IMG/VR virus record: IMGVR_UViG_3300046522_000297
Span: 32,001 to 96,000 of that record
Length of the DNA stretch: 64,000 nt
DNA from: a virus
Strand: one strand, 5' to 3'
Shown here: positions 1 through 9,541 of the stretch, piece after piece
Layout of the letters: each line of letters opens with the position of its first letter
Position numbering within the stretch: position 1 is the stretch's first letter
Position numbers and translations under genes: made by a program
The notes under the pieces: generated by a model
What the model was told of the DNA's origin: nothing
The model's database searches: none
What the model saw: the letters and a program-made list of their open reading frames with translations, nothing else

Positions 1-201
1 GCTAAGCGCATTAAAGAAGAAAGACGTTATTGCAATAGATGTAACAAGGATCTTATCGATGCAACTAGATACCACTGGTGCATACAGCACATCGATCATG
101 ATCGTACTAATAACGTAGATTCTAACTTTGAGCTTCTGTGTAAACGCTGTCATCAAATAGAGCATGAATGTCATAAGGCATTCGGAACGTCCAACGACTA
201 G
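1..201 (+). CDS. HNH homing endonuclease, C-terminal part (intron-encoded, 5' truncated by window)
   Basis: Frame 1 reads AKRIKEERRYCNRCNKDL...CIQHIDHDRTNNVDSNFELLCKRCHQIEH...SND*, i.e. CxxC + HNH + CxxC; not in the ORF track. Confidence 0.85.
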   Translation, partial: AKRIKEERRYCNRCNKDLIDATRYHWCIQHIDHDRTNNVDSNFELLCKRCHQIEHECHKAFGTSND

Positions 202-325
202 TCCTAGAGACGTAGGGCCCAAGAGGGTTCGAAGCGCACCGGATCCCACGTGGATCATGATATAGTCTGACCTGCATGGAAACATGCAGAGGGTTAGCGG
301 AATCGGCTAATCCGTAACATAAGTG
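1..325 (+). mobile_element. Group I intron (IA-like), 3' portion, inserted in DNA polymerase motif B
   Basis: R element CAACGACTA (192-200), S element GATATAGTCT (259-268), P9 hairpin CTGCATG-GAAA-CATGCAG (272-289), terminal G at 325; the polymerase frame is blocked by TGA at 324-326 and resumes as TFSLIYG. Confidence 0.85.
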
Positions 326-914
326 AACATTTTCGCTAATTTATGGCTCGTCCGCTGGTGGTATTGCAATGCAGTTGAACGTAAGTAAAGATGAAGCTCA
401 GCGTCTGATGGACCTGTTCTTCAAGGCTTACCCGAAAATGCTTGAGTTCATCGATAACGCACACAAGATGGCTACCTGGAATCAGCGAGTTGTTACCGAG
501 TTCGGTCAACGTCGTCAAGAATACGGTACCTATAAGTGCTTCGACCGTACGGCTGCTAAGAATGCAGCTCTGCGTAACTCGGCGAACGTTCTGGTTCAAT
601 CTGCGACCTCGACCCTCGGCCTTATTGTGTTTGCTCATCTAAACAGAGCTATCAAGAAAATCGGTGGCAAGGCTATTTGTACCGTGTATGACTCTTGTGA
701 GTTTGAAGTACCGCAGGAGAGAGCAGCAGAGGCAATTGAGCTGTGCTTCTATTACCTCAACGATTTCCCGCAGACCATCTTCCCGTGGCTGACGTTGCCA
801 ATCGGCTGTGATGGTGAGTTGGGCCTCAACTGGGGTGAGTGTGAACACGTTAAGCGTGGCATCACTCAAGAAGCATGTAACGATATTATCTATGAATTGA
901 GAGGTGCTGCGTAA
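326..914 (+). CDS. polA: Family A DNA polymerase, last exon
   Basis: TFSLIYGSSAGGIA (end of motif B), RNSANVLVQSATS, motif C TVYDSCEFE; the exon extends upstream of the ORF-track start at 369. Confidence 0.9.
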
Positions 915-1130
915 TGACTGACAACGAGGTAATAGCGAAGGAATTGAAAAGTGCCTTCATGGAAGGTGCAAGTCTTACCCTATATCAAGGGTACAACACT
1001 ATGGAAGACGCTTGGAATGCGAGTAGTACCAAGCATTTTCACGATTCACTGACACAAGAAGACGAGTGATACGAAGCCCCTTAACCGGGGCTTTTTGTTT
1101 TATAAACCATAACTAATACAATAGAGTAAT

Positions 1131-1655
1131 ATGAATCAACAACAGCGTAAATACGTAACCCAACGTATGCATCAAATCGTCGCTCAACGTAGGGCTACTA
1201 TCGAAGAACAATTCAGAAATGAAGAGCAGCAAGTGCAGTCCTATGTTACCCCTCGATACCCTACTCAGGCTGAGATTCTTCTCAAACTGGCAGGGTTCGA
1301 CTCTCCGGCGGTTCTCAGGTATCAAGGAGAAGAACTCAGGGAAGCAATCGTGGCATCTCAACAAAATACCCCTCGACAGAACTCCTATCGTCCAGATCCT
1401 CTTAACCCCGGTGCGTCTATTTTCTATCCTGTTGCTGCAGGTCTCCAGACCATGGTTTTTCCATTGAATCAAGAAGAGCTTGCTGCTAATGAAGAACTCA
1501 TTGCTCAAGCCGTGGAACGTCGTAAAGTCCGTCTGACGGACCGTATCGACGCGCTGACCCATGCTTATAACCAGTGCATGGACGAAATTATCCTTGGAGA
1601 AAACGCTCATATGATCCAACGAGCCATCGAGGCATTCGAAACTATGGAAGTATAA
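1131..1655 (+). CDS. hypothetical protein
   Basis: 174 aa ORF after a terminator. Confidence 0.7.
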   Translation: MNQQQRKYVTQRMHQIVAQRRATIEEQFRNEEQQVQSYVTPRYPTQAEILLKLAGFDSPAVLRYQGEELREAIVASQQNTPRQNSYRPDPLNPGASIFYPVAAGLQTMVFPLNQEELAANEELIAQAVERRKVRLTDRIDALTHAYNQCMDEIILGENAHMIQRAIEAFETMEV

Positions 1656-1945
1656 TGGAACTTAAGAAATTTCAAGAAAAACCCCGGGAACCTATCCCCG
1701 GTGTAATATGGGATCCCGAGGCTTACGAAAAGGATCCGGAATGGACTAAGACGGGTTTGTTCAAACCTATTGTCGAAAAGAGAAACGGCGAGTATTACCT
1801 TGTCGAAGGACTAGACGGAGTGGGTGAAGAATTCGTAACTCCCCTCAAGCCGGGGTACGTCATCATCCATAGTAACATTTTTGGGTACGAAGCCTTCACA
1901 CCCAGAGAGTTCGAAGCTTCTTATATATATTTGAGAGAAGCATAA
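1655..1945 (+). CDS. hypothetical protein (small beta-barrel-like, LKPGYVII)
   Basis: Likely start MELKKF, coupled to the upstream stop (TAATG). Confidence 0.6.
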   Translation: MELKKFQEKPREPIPGVIWDPEAYEKDPEWTKTGLFKPIVEKRNGEYYLVEGLDGVGEEFVTPLKPGYVIIHSNIFGYEAFTPREFEASYIYLREA

Positions 1946-1974
1946 TTCAACAAAGTCGTAATCTTTGGTATAAT
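1946..1974 (+). promoter_or_regulatory. First of 19 copies of the phage promoter TCAA-N15/16-TGGTATAA
   Basis: Intergenic extended -10-like motif repeated across the window (see findings). Confidence 0.75.
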
Positions 1975-1979
1975 TAATA

Positions 1980-2320
1980 TAGAAACAGAAATGTGCTTCC
2001 GCTTAGTTCTCAATGAGTCTATCTATGATAGCGGGATTGAAAACTAGTATCGCAATTTCTTCGTTTTCAGTTTTGGCACGAGAGATTGTTTACCCTACAG
2101 ATTAGTGTTGCGGCTCCTATTGGTGGAGTGCAGGGCACTTTGACGTAGAATCGCAATCTTTCACGCCGGTGTTTTAATGTATCTAGTAGTAGAAACTACG
2201 GGGAGGATGCTACATCCTCCTATCGTATTTCGGTCGCAATGTACCCTTCGCTGCGCTCAGGTACTGCGAGACCGAGACCCCTGAGGTCCAACGAGATTAA
2301 AACACCACCCACCTTTTTTT
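1980..2320 (+). ncRNA. Candidate structured ncRNA, about 340 nt
   Basis: ORF-free, lies after a promoter; stems GGTGTTTTAAT/ATTAAAACACC, GGAGGATG/CATCCTCC, TCGGTCGCA/TGCGAGACCGA; ends in a T-run. Confidence 0.5.
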
Positions 2321-2341
2321 AACCAACGACAGAGAATAAGA

Positions 2342-2632
2342 ATGTCAGATATCCTTACTTCAGGTCAAAAACTTGTCGCAGACAATACTCCAACTGCGGA
2401 AGAGTCTACGAACAGTGACCAGTGGATCAAAAGCCGTCTGTGCTTCTGCAACGACGACGCACCTACGGACTGCCGTTTTCACAGCCCCAAAGAACAGGGA
2501 TGGGAACAATGCCCTAACACCGAAGCCGGCCGAGCTGGTAAAGCCAAAGGCCGATGGTTGTGGATGAGAAATCCTAACTTTGGTAAGATCAGCGAAGCAG
2601 CTGAAGAATCTCTCCTCGTCGATCCCGACTGA
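2342..2632 (+). CDS. hypothetical Cys-containing protein
   Basis: 96 aa ORF preceded by AGAATAAGA. Confidence 0.6.
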   Translation: MSDILTSGQKLVADNTPTAEESTNSDQWIKSRLCFCNDDAPTDCRFHSPKEQGWEQCPNTEAGRAGKAKGRWLWMRNPNFGKISEAAEESLLVDPD

Positions 2633-2714
2633 TCAATAACCCTAGTAATTTTTGGTATAAATATAGTAAGCCGAAAATATCGGCCTATTTTATAACTTAA
2701 CTTGAAAGAGAATT

Positions 2715-3230
2715 ATGCGCAAAATGAAATCCGCTCTCCTGAGCTCGGCCCTCCTCATGGTCGTTGCCGCTGCTCTGGCTCCGGTCGCCATGGTCGGCTG
2801 CTCCAAGCAGGAACCCGAGAAGGAGAAAAACCCGGTCGTGCCGGAAGGCCAACGCATCAGCTTCCAGGTTCTGGAAGACGCACGTTCGACCTCGTACGCC
2901 AACGGCGTCATCGTCGCCAAGACCTACGTCCGTGACAACCCGCGTCTGGACGGCATGAACGTCGTCGGCCACCCGGACCAGGTGCAATCGGATACCTGCC
3001 CCCAGGGTTCCGGCTGGACCAACGTCTCGGCCATGAAAACCGACACCGAAGTCCTGGACGCCAAAGGCAAACCGACCATCCACAAGGAAAAGCTGATCTG
3101 CAGCACTGTGTCGGCCAGCATCGGCTGTTTCCGTGAAGAAGACTTCAAGAAGTCGAAGTACTCGGGCCAGGAAGATCAGTGCAACGTTCACCTGCCGTTC
3201 CCGCTGCCGAAGCTGGTCGGCCGTGGCTAA
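2715..3230 (+). CDS. Lipoprotein (early gene, GC-rich codons)
   Basis: Basic N-terminus, hydrophobic stretch, lipobox MVG-C; own promoter at 2653. Confidence 0.75.
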   Translation: MRKMKSALLSSALLMVVAAALAPVAMVGCSKQEPEKEKNPVVPEGQRISFQVLEDARSTSYANGVIVAKTYVRDNPRLDGMNVVGHPDQVQSDTCPQGSGWTNVSAMKTDTEVLDAKGKPTIHKEKLICSTVSASIGCFREEDFKKSKYSGQEDQCNVHLPFPLPKLVGRG

Positions 3231-3381
3231 AAGAGCTTAGGCTCTACACTAGAAGGTGCCCTAGAGGCACCTTTTTTTACCCTCAAATTAAGCTATAATA
3301 ATTACCCGCGTCGATAAAATCGACCGATAGAATTCTAGCAACACCATAATAAATACTATAAAAATAAGAGAATAAGAACTG

Positions 3382-4437
3382 ATGGAACCGAAACTGAATC
3401 AGACGGCTGCAGCCGTTGAAGACGCACTGATCCCGAACATTCTTAAACCCACAGAGAGTCTCAAGGTGGTATATCCTGAGGCAATCGACTTTACCGAAAA
3501 GCAGCTAAAAGTGTTCTGGCTGCCCGGCGAAGTCAAGGTGGAAAAAGACATCCAGGATATCCGTGTTAATATGACTCCAGCCGAGAGACACGGCACCCTG
3601 ACTACCCTGAAGTTGTTTACTCTGTACGAGCTAAAAGCTGGCGCAGAATACTGGGGCGGTCGATTTAAACAGAGGTTCCCGACGCATGAACTTCAGCGTA
3701 TGGCCGCTACGTTCGCAATGTTCGAACTAGCAGTGCACAAGCCGTTTTATGCAAAGATCAATGAACTTCTGTTTTTAGATAACGATGATTTCTACGCAGC
3801 TTACAAACAGGATCCGGTCCTGAAAGCTCGTATGGACTTTATCGATCAGATCATCGATCATCAAGACGATCTGGTTTCGCTGGGTGGATTTTCCCTTATC
3901 GAGGGCGGTATCCTGTATAGTGCATTCGGATTCCTCAAGCACTTCCAATCGAGGGGTAAGAACAAAGCCCTAAACGTTGTACGTGGCATTAACTTCTCGG
4001 TACGTGATGAAAACCTGCACTCCATTGCCGGGGCTTGGACTTTCAGAAAACTACTGGCTGAGAAGAAGGAGTTGATGAGTGCTGAAGACTTTGCTGTGTA
4101 TTCGGCAGAGATCAAACAACTGGTCCTCCGAGCTGCAGAGCAGATTCTTCTGCATGAAAGCTACATTGTTGATGAGATCTTCTCCCAAGGGGAGATTGAA
4201 GGCATCACGTCTTTGCAACTGAAGAACTTTGTTAAGTCTCGTATTAACCTGGTTCTTGTCGAGCTCGGTTATGAAAAGCTGTATGAAGTTACTTATAACC
4301 CGATTGCTGAATGGTTTTACGATTCGATTAATTCGTTTACGTTTAATGATACTTTCAGCGGTGTTGGAAATAGCTATCACAGAGACTGGGATGAAACCAG
4401 CTTTGCCTGGACCCCCAAGAATAAGAAACAACAATAA
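3382..4437 (+). CDS. nrdB: Ribonucleotide reductase class Ia beta subunit
   Basis: FWLPGEV, EGGILYSAF, RDENLH diiron motifs. Confidence 0.95.
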   Translation: MEPKLNQTAAAVEDALIPNILKPTESLKVVYPEAIDFTEKQLKVFWLPGEVKVEKDIQDIRVNMTPAERHGTLTTLKLFTLYELKAGAEYWGGRFKQRFPTHELQRMAATFAMFELAVHKPFYAKINELLFLDNDDFYAAYKQDPVLKARMDFIDQIIDHQDDLVSLGGFSLIEGGILYSAFGFLKHFQSRGKNKALNVVRGINFSVRDENLHSIAGAWTFRKLLAEKKELMSAEDFAVYSAEIKQLVLRAAEQILLHESYIVDEIFSQGEIEGITSLQLKNFVKSRINLVLVELGYEKLYEVTYNPIAEWFYDSINSFTFNDTFSGVGNSYHRDWDETSFAWTPKNKKQQ

Positions 4438-4465
4438 TACAATAACAAATAAATAGAATAAGAAT

Positions 4466-6163
4466 ATGGGTAAAACTGTTTACGATAAGCTTTCCGAAGA
4501 ACGCAAGAATCTCCAAGCAGCAGGACTAGTGCCTGAGTGGTACACCACCGCAGGGTGGCAGATGTTCAAAGAGAAGTACATGTACGAGACGTCGAATGTT
4601 AAGGAGCAGTTCGAACGAATCGCTAATACTGCTGCTAAGCATCTTCGGAAGATTGGCAAAGAAGAACTGGGTCGTGAGAAGTTCTTTGAACTTTTCTGGA
4701 AAGGTTGGCTCTCCCCAAGCACGCCGGTGCTGGGTAACATGGGTACTGACAGAGGTCTGCCTATCGCTTGCTCCGGAGGCAAGATTGGTGATTCCGTCTA
4801 TGATTTCTACGCAGCTCGATTGGAGACCGCAATCCTTACCAAAATGGGCTTCGGCACTTCCGGTTACTTCGGCGATGTTCGTCCTCGTGGCAGCTCGATC
4901 TCGGTAGGCGGTAAAGCTTCGGGTATGGTTCCGGTGTGGCAAGGGTTCATTGACGATATGCGCAAGATTACTCAAGGCCAGGCCCGTCGTGGCAGCTTTG
5001 CAGCATATCTGCCTATCGATCACGGAGACTTTGACGAAGCCGCAGACTATACCATGGCTGAGACTGACGATGCCAATATTGGTTGGGTGATTAAGAAGAG
5101 TTTCATCGAAGACCTGAACGATGGTCTGCCTGAAGCAACTCGACGCTTTCAGAAGTCTCTGAAGCTCAAGATGACGATGGGTAAGGGTTACTACTGCTTC
5201 ATCGACAAGATCAATGACAAACGTCCTCCGATGTATGTCAAGCATGGCCTGTATGTGAACGCTAGTAATCTTTGTGATGAGATCACCCTGTTCTCGGATA
5301 CCGACCATACTTTTACCTGCGTTCTGTCGTCCATGAACGTATCGAAGTGGGAAGAGTGGAAGGATACCGATGCCGTATATTGGGCTACCGTGTTCCTGGA
5401 TTGCGTGGTTGAAGAGTTCTTAGAGAAGGCTCGTAATATCCCGGGTCTGGAAAAGGCAGTTCGATTTACCGAGAAGGGTCGTGCATTAGGCCTGGGTCAG
5501 TGCGGTTATCATACCCTTCTGCAGAAGAAGCGTATCCCGTTCGAAGATATGCGTGCATATTTTCTGAACCGGGAAATTGCAAAGCACATTAACGCAGAGT
5601 CCCTGAAGGCCTCCCAGGATATGGCAGTATGGCTCGGTGAGCCGTTCTGGTGTGAAGGCTTCGGTGTTCGTAACACCCACCGTATTGCCATTGCACCTAC
5701 CAAGAGTACTGCACTGCTGATGGGCGGAGTTTCCGAGGGTATCAACCTCGACCCAGCAGTGATTTACACCCAGACTACTGCAGCGGGTGAAGTTGCCCGT
5801 ATCGTACCTGAATTCCTGGAGTACATGAAGGAAAAGGGTATGTACAACAAGGTTGTTATCAAACGCATCCTTGAAGCACGAGGTTCCGTACAGAGCGAAG
5901 ATTGGATCCCCGATGAAGATAAGAGGGTATTCAAGACGGCGTTCGAGATCAACCAAGAAGCCCATATCCGTCAAGCTTCCCAAAGAGCACCTGAGATTTG
6001 CCAGTGGCAATCTTTCAACCTGTCGTTCTCGGCAGAAGAGGATCCAGTTTGGATTGGTCATTGTCATCAGATGATCTTTGAAGATCCTAACATGCTTGGA
6101 GCTTATTACATTACGACTCAGTCGGGGGTAAGCGGCTCGAAGGAATGTGAGTCCTGTCAGTAA
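4466..6163 (+). CDS. nrdA: Ribonucleotide reductase class Ia alpha subunit (compact)
   Basis: SPSTPVLGN, SNLCDEI, RALGLG, AIAPT, C-terminal CESCQ. Confidence 0.95.
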   Translation: MGKTVYDKLSEERKNLQAAGLVPEWYTTAGWQMFKEKYMYETSNVKEQFERIANTAAKHLRKIGKEELGREKFFELFWKGWLSPSTPVLGNMGTDRGLPIACSGGKIGDSVYDFYAARLETAILTKMGFGTSGYFGDVRPRGSSISVGGKASGMVPVWQGFIDDMRKITQGQARRGSFAAYLPIDHGDFDEAADYTMAETDDANIGWVIKKSFIEDLNDGLPEATRRFQKSLKLKMTMGKGYYCFIDKINDKRPPMYVKHGLYVNASNLCDEITLFSDTDHTFTCVLSSMNVSKWEEWKDTDAVYWATVFLDCVVEEFLEKARNIPGLEKAVRFTEKGRALGLGQCGYHTLLQKKRIPFEDMRAYFLNREIAKHINAESLKASQDMAVWLGEPFWCEGFGVRNTHRIAIAPTKSTALLMGGVSEGINLDPAVIYTQTTAAGEVARIVPEFLEYMKEKGMYNKVVIKRILEARGSVQSEDWIPDEDKRVFKTAFEINQEAHIRQASQRAPEICQWQSFNLSFSAEEDPVWIGHCHQMIFEDPNMLGAYYITTQSGVSGSKECESCQ

Positions 6164-6202
6164 ACACAGCCCTCTTCGGAGGGCTTTTTATTTAGGTGTA
6201 TA

Positions 6203-6466
6203 ATGTCAAAAAGCAGATATGAGCAGCTAGTTGAAAGCTCATGGAAGTATACTTTTAGGCTACCCTTTCCACACAATCTTTGTTCTGATGTGATTTTAAG
6301 AGGGGATGAGAAAGTTAAATCCGTAGTAAGGTCTTATGCGGAGCTTGATATAAAGTTCGGCAATCTCGTAAGCATGTATTTGAATCTCGCCAAGGAAATT
6401 TCTACCTTGGAATCCGAGAATAAACTCTTAAAACAAATGCTATTAGAAAAGGAAAACAAAGAATGA
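6203..6466 (+). CDS. hypothetical protein
   Basis: 87 aa ORF in an operon. Confidence 0.6.
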   Translation: MSKSRYEQLVESSWKYTFRLPFPHNLCSDVILRGDEKVKSVVRSYAELDIKFGNLVSMYLNLAKEISTLESENKLLKQMLLEKENKE

Positions 6467-6753
6467 ACGCAGAACAATTCGCATACTGGGTCCAAGGTAA
6501 ATTTGAGGATCGTGAAATCGGCAACATCAGCCATGACGAAGCCTTGAAAATCATGAAGAGCATCAAGGAACATGTGGCTACGGTGTTTAAGAAGGTTACT
6601 CCTGAAGTGACCCAAGATCCTAACCGAAAGATCGATTTCGATGAATTGATTAAAAATGCGTTCCCTAAGGAAAAACCTCACAATCCCTTCGATTACGATA
6701 AAAGGGATTACTGGCTTAAACCCAAAGGCCCGCTTCCGGAGCTTACCTGCTAA
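6463..6753 (+). CDS. hypothetical protein
   Basis: 96 aa, ATGA-coupled; MNAEQFAYWVQG. Confidence 0.7.
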   Translation: MNAEQFAYWVQGKFEDREIGNISHDEALKIMKSIKEHVATVFKKVTPEVTQDPNRKIDFDELIKNAFPKEKPHNPFDYDKRDYWLKPKGPLPELTC

Positions 6754-7289
6754 TGAGTGGCCCGACCTACGTATACCGGGTCGGAATTGATCCGGCCTGG
6801 AAAAACCTTGGTGTAGCTTTGGTTAAGGAGAATTTGGAAACCCACGAAATTACGTTGGTGAAATCCTGGGTTATGAATCCGTCTACCTTCAAATCCATTC
6901 CAGACTTCGTAGACGCTCTATGGAAAGAGGTGGTTGAAGCTTTTGATAAAGACGAAGGTGAGATACTGGCATCTGCTAATATCGAACGTTTCGTTGCCTA
7001 TGCCGGTGTTTCTACCGCAGAGACTGAAAACATCTGTATGATCATAGGTGCTTTGCAGTATCTATTCAAAGACAACGAGACGGGGCTCCACCGCGCTATC
7101 GACTGGAAGATGGATCTGGTAAAGGCGCTTCACAAGAAGAAGAAATTCGAGAACCCTAGCTCCAAGCTTGACAAGAAGTTCTCCATCGCTGCAGCTAAGG
7201 CGTGCTTGGATCACGAACACACGTTCTCCACTGACCATGAAGCCGATGCTACCTGCTTGGCTTGTTACCCAGTTATAATGAGAAAATGA
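6753..7289 (+). CDS. RuvC-like Holliday junction resolvase
   Basis: VGIDPAWKNLG, central IE, C-terminal DHEADA (RNase H fold acidic residues). Confidence 0.75.
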   Translation: MSGPTYVYRVGIDPAWKNLGVALVKENLETHEITLVKSWVMNPSTFKSIPDFVDALWKEVVEAFDKDEGEILASANIERFVAYAGVSTAETENICMIIGALQYLFKDNETGLHRAIDWKMDLVKALHKKKKFENPSSKLDKKFSIAAAKACLDHEHTFSTDHEADATCLACYPVIMRK

Positions 7290-7555
7290 CCCCTGAAGAA
7301 GCAGAGCTAGCTAGAGGTGCTCACGAAACCCTGGCCAGAATACTTAAGAGTAACAAAGAAGCTGCCTGGCAGCGTCACTGTGACATCGCTCATGCCAACA
7401 TGGAGGGAGGACTCCTAAAATGGAAAGAAGCTAACGAGGCAGCTTGTAGAGTCATGATGAGCCTGTTCGGGGTAGATACTTCACCTCAATTTATAGAAGT
7501 CCTTAAACAAAGAGCACCTATTCCAAAGGCAATAGTTGAAACTCCGAAACAGTAA
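7286..7555 (+). CDS. hypothetical protein
   Basis: Likely start MTPEE, ATGA overlap. Confidence 0.55.
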   Translation: MTPEEAELARGAHETLARILKSNKEAAWQRHCDIAHANMEGGLLKWKEANEAACRVMMSLFGVDTSPQFIEVLKQRAPIPKAIVETPKQ

Positions 7556-7591
7556 TGATACAATTGCCTGATAATAATAAAGGATCTTAAT

Positions 7592-7948
7592 ATGTTTGAT
7601 TTTCTTAGCGGTATGTTAGGTGTGGTTTTCGGAAGAGTGAAATCGCCCCTGCCTACGCTGAAGCCCGAGCCTCCTAAATTCCAGGAAGTGTATCCTAATG
7701 GCGACGGAGAGTTTTCCGCAGTAGAAGTGAAAACCCCGTCTGTTTACACGGCTCCTAAGAAAGAGCCCACGGAAATAGAAAAAATGATTCAGCAATTTAA
7801 TCCCCGTCGTGATATGATTGTCATGAGCTACGCAAGACGTGATAAGCTTACTCCAGGCGAAAAGGATTGGCTGGATTCATTGGGTAACCGTGTACATTAC
7901 TTTACAGGCAACACATTGGTGAATTCGGCCATTGTAAGTTGCATGTAA
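7592..7948 (+). CDS. hypothetical protein
   Basis: 118 aa with AAGGA RBS. Confidence 0.65.
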   Translation: MFDFLSGMLGVVFGRVKSPLPTLKPEPPKFQEVYPNGDGEFSAVEVKTPSVYTAPKKEPTEIEKMIQQFNPRRDMIVMSYARRDKLTPGEKDWLDSLGNRVHYFTGNTLVNSAIVSCM

Positions 7949-7967
7949 AATATTGTTACAAAATCTC

Positions 7968-8190
7968 TTCACAAATATAAAAGTAGTGCTATAATAAATG
8001 TATATGAACACTTTCAACACTAACCCCCATTTCTCAGCAATTAAAGCTTCCTTCAAGGCGGCCAATATTGTTGCGCCCGTGGTTTTTGTAAATTCGTATA
8101 ATAGTGAGGGGATCGGCGGAGCTTAATGTAACTCTACATTAGTTAGCTTTAACCGAACCCACTCTCCCACAAGGTTAGTGGGTTTTTTGT
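7968..8190 (+). promoter_or_regulatory. Sigma70-type promoter, 40-codon leader ORF (8004-8126) and terminator/antiterminator ahead of the tRNA cluster
   Basis: TTCACA-16-TATAAT with TG extension; terminator AACCCACT/AGTGGGTT-TTTT; GAGGGGATCGG can pair with CCGAACCCACTC. Confidence 0.55.
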
Positions 8191-8201
8191 TTTATAACTA
8201 T

Positions 8202-8276
8202 CGGAGTGTAGTCCAGTGGTAGGTCGCCTGCTTTGGGAGCAGGAACTCGAAGGTTCGATTCCTTCCACTCCGACCA
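8202..8276 (+). tRNA. tRNA-Pro(UGG)
   Basis: Cloverleaf, TT-TGG-GA loop, CCA. Confidence 0.9.
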
Positions 8277-8291
8277 AATTTAAGGGCAGCT

Positions 8292-8522
8292 ATGTTTTAT
8301 AGCGTAGTTGGTTTCGCAGTAATGATGTTAGCCATGTTGTACGTTACCATAGTATATGCCGTAGTGGCATTAAATACGCTAGGTGAATACAACATTGGCG
8401 GCGTACCTAATACCCTCCGTGCAAAAATCGGAGTTCTGGTAATAGGACTCGTAATAGGTGCGCTTTGGTGGAAGCTGATTCATAATCTTCCGTTTACAAT
8501 CCATATGTCTGTTAGCACATGA
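8292..8522 (+). CDS. small membrane protein
   Basis: Two hydrophobic segments. Confidence 0.6.
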   Translation: MFYSVVGFAVMMLAMLYVTIVYAVVALNTLGEYNIGGVPNTLRAKIGVLVIGLVIGALWWKLIHNLPFTIHMSVST

Positions 8523-8693
8523 TTACTAAAATCGAGTTAGATAAAGATAACCGAATGCTTCGCATAGGCTTCGGTAAGAATGAAGGTAAATGGTTTATCC
8601 GTGTTGATCTTTGGACACACGGATATCGACTTACCGAGAAGTAAAATAACTCCGGCATTTAAATAGATGCCGGATATTAATAGAATACTAAGC

Positions 8694-8780
8694 TGTCCAG
8701 TGACCGGAACTGGCATCGGCCCCGGCTGTTAACCGGGTATGGAGTGAAATCCTTTGCAGGTTCGAAGCCTGCCTGGACAG
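8694..8780 (+). tRNA. tRNA-Asn(GUU), long variable arm, no encoded CCA
   Basis: CCCGG-CTGTTAA-CCGGG anticodon arm, GCAGG-TTCGAAG-CCTGC T arm. Confidence 0.75.
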
Positions 8781-8789
8781 CTTAGTGTT

Positions 8790-9356
8790 CTAACGTTTAA
8801 GTTTTAAATACTGTTTCCTGACAGCGTTGTCTGAAACCCCAAATTTAGTACCGAGAGTTGTCATAGGGATTTTCTGCACTTCAATAAGATCAATCAGGTC
8901 AACCGAATTCCAGTCCACCCTTCTACGCATAATAGCCGCACATTTGTTAGAGCAATACGAAAGGGTGCTAGATTTTTCTGAACCACATACCGGGCAACTA
9001 TCACGGATAGGGATAATGGAAACAGACCTACCGTTAGAGTTGAAATTAAAAAAGGACCTATCTAATCTGGAATAAGTTTCAGGAAGATCTGAAATGCCTG
9101 CGTGTACTTCTCGGTGGCAATTTGCACATAGGAGTATGCATTTATCAAGTTCATTCAGAATGGAGTCTAATTTAATTGGGTTAGCTACTATTTTACCGAA
9201 CGAGAATTCCTTCTGAGAAGGATCTATATGATGGAACTCTAAAGCCGAGTTACATTTATCGTAAAAACAGATTTGACATCTGTTACCCATAGCTTCGACT
9301 ATACGGGTTTTAGTTGATTGTCTCCAGTTTTTTACACGTTGTGACGAAGTTAGCAT
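8790..9356 (-). CDS. Free-standing HNH endonuclease
   Basis: CQIC...LEFHHIDP...LLCANCHREVH plus a zinc ribbon and C-terminal HTH. Confidence 0.85.
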   Translation of the reverse strand: MLTSSQRVKNWRQSTKTRIVEAMGNRCQICFYDKCNSALEFHHIDPSQKEFSFGKIVANPIKLDSILNELDKCILLCANCHREVHAGISDLPETYSRLDRSFFNFNSNGRSVSIIPIRDSCPVCGSEKSSTLSYCSNKCAAIMRRRVDWNSVDLIDLIEVQKIPMTTLGTKFGVSDNAVRKQYLKLKR

Positions 9357-9438
9357 TTTATTGTTTTTGTAGTATTTCGAACCTTGAGTTGTATTTTAAC
9401 ATTTTATGTAATATAATTCAAGGTTCGAAAATAATAAG

Positions 9439-9515
9439 CCTGGAGTAGCTCAGCTGGTCAGAGCATTCGCTTGATAAGCGAAGGGTCAGTGGTTCAAGTC
9501 CACTCTCTAGGACCA
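9439..9515 (+). tRNA. tRNA-Ile(GAU)
   Basis: TTCGC-TTGATAA-GCGAA, CCA. Confidence 0.92.
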
Positions 9516-9541
9516 GATTAACCATAACTAGAGAGGTCAAA

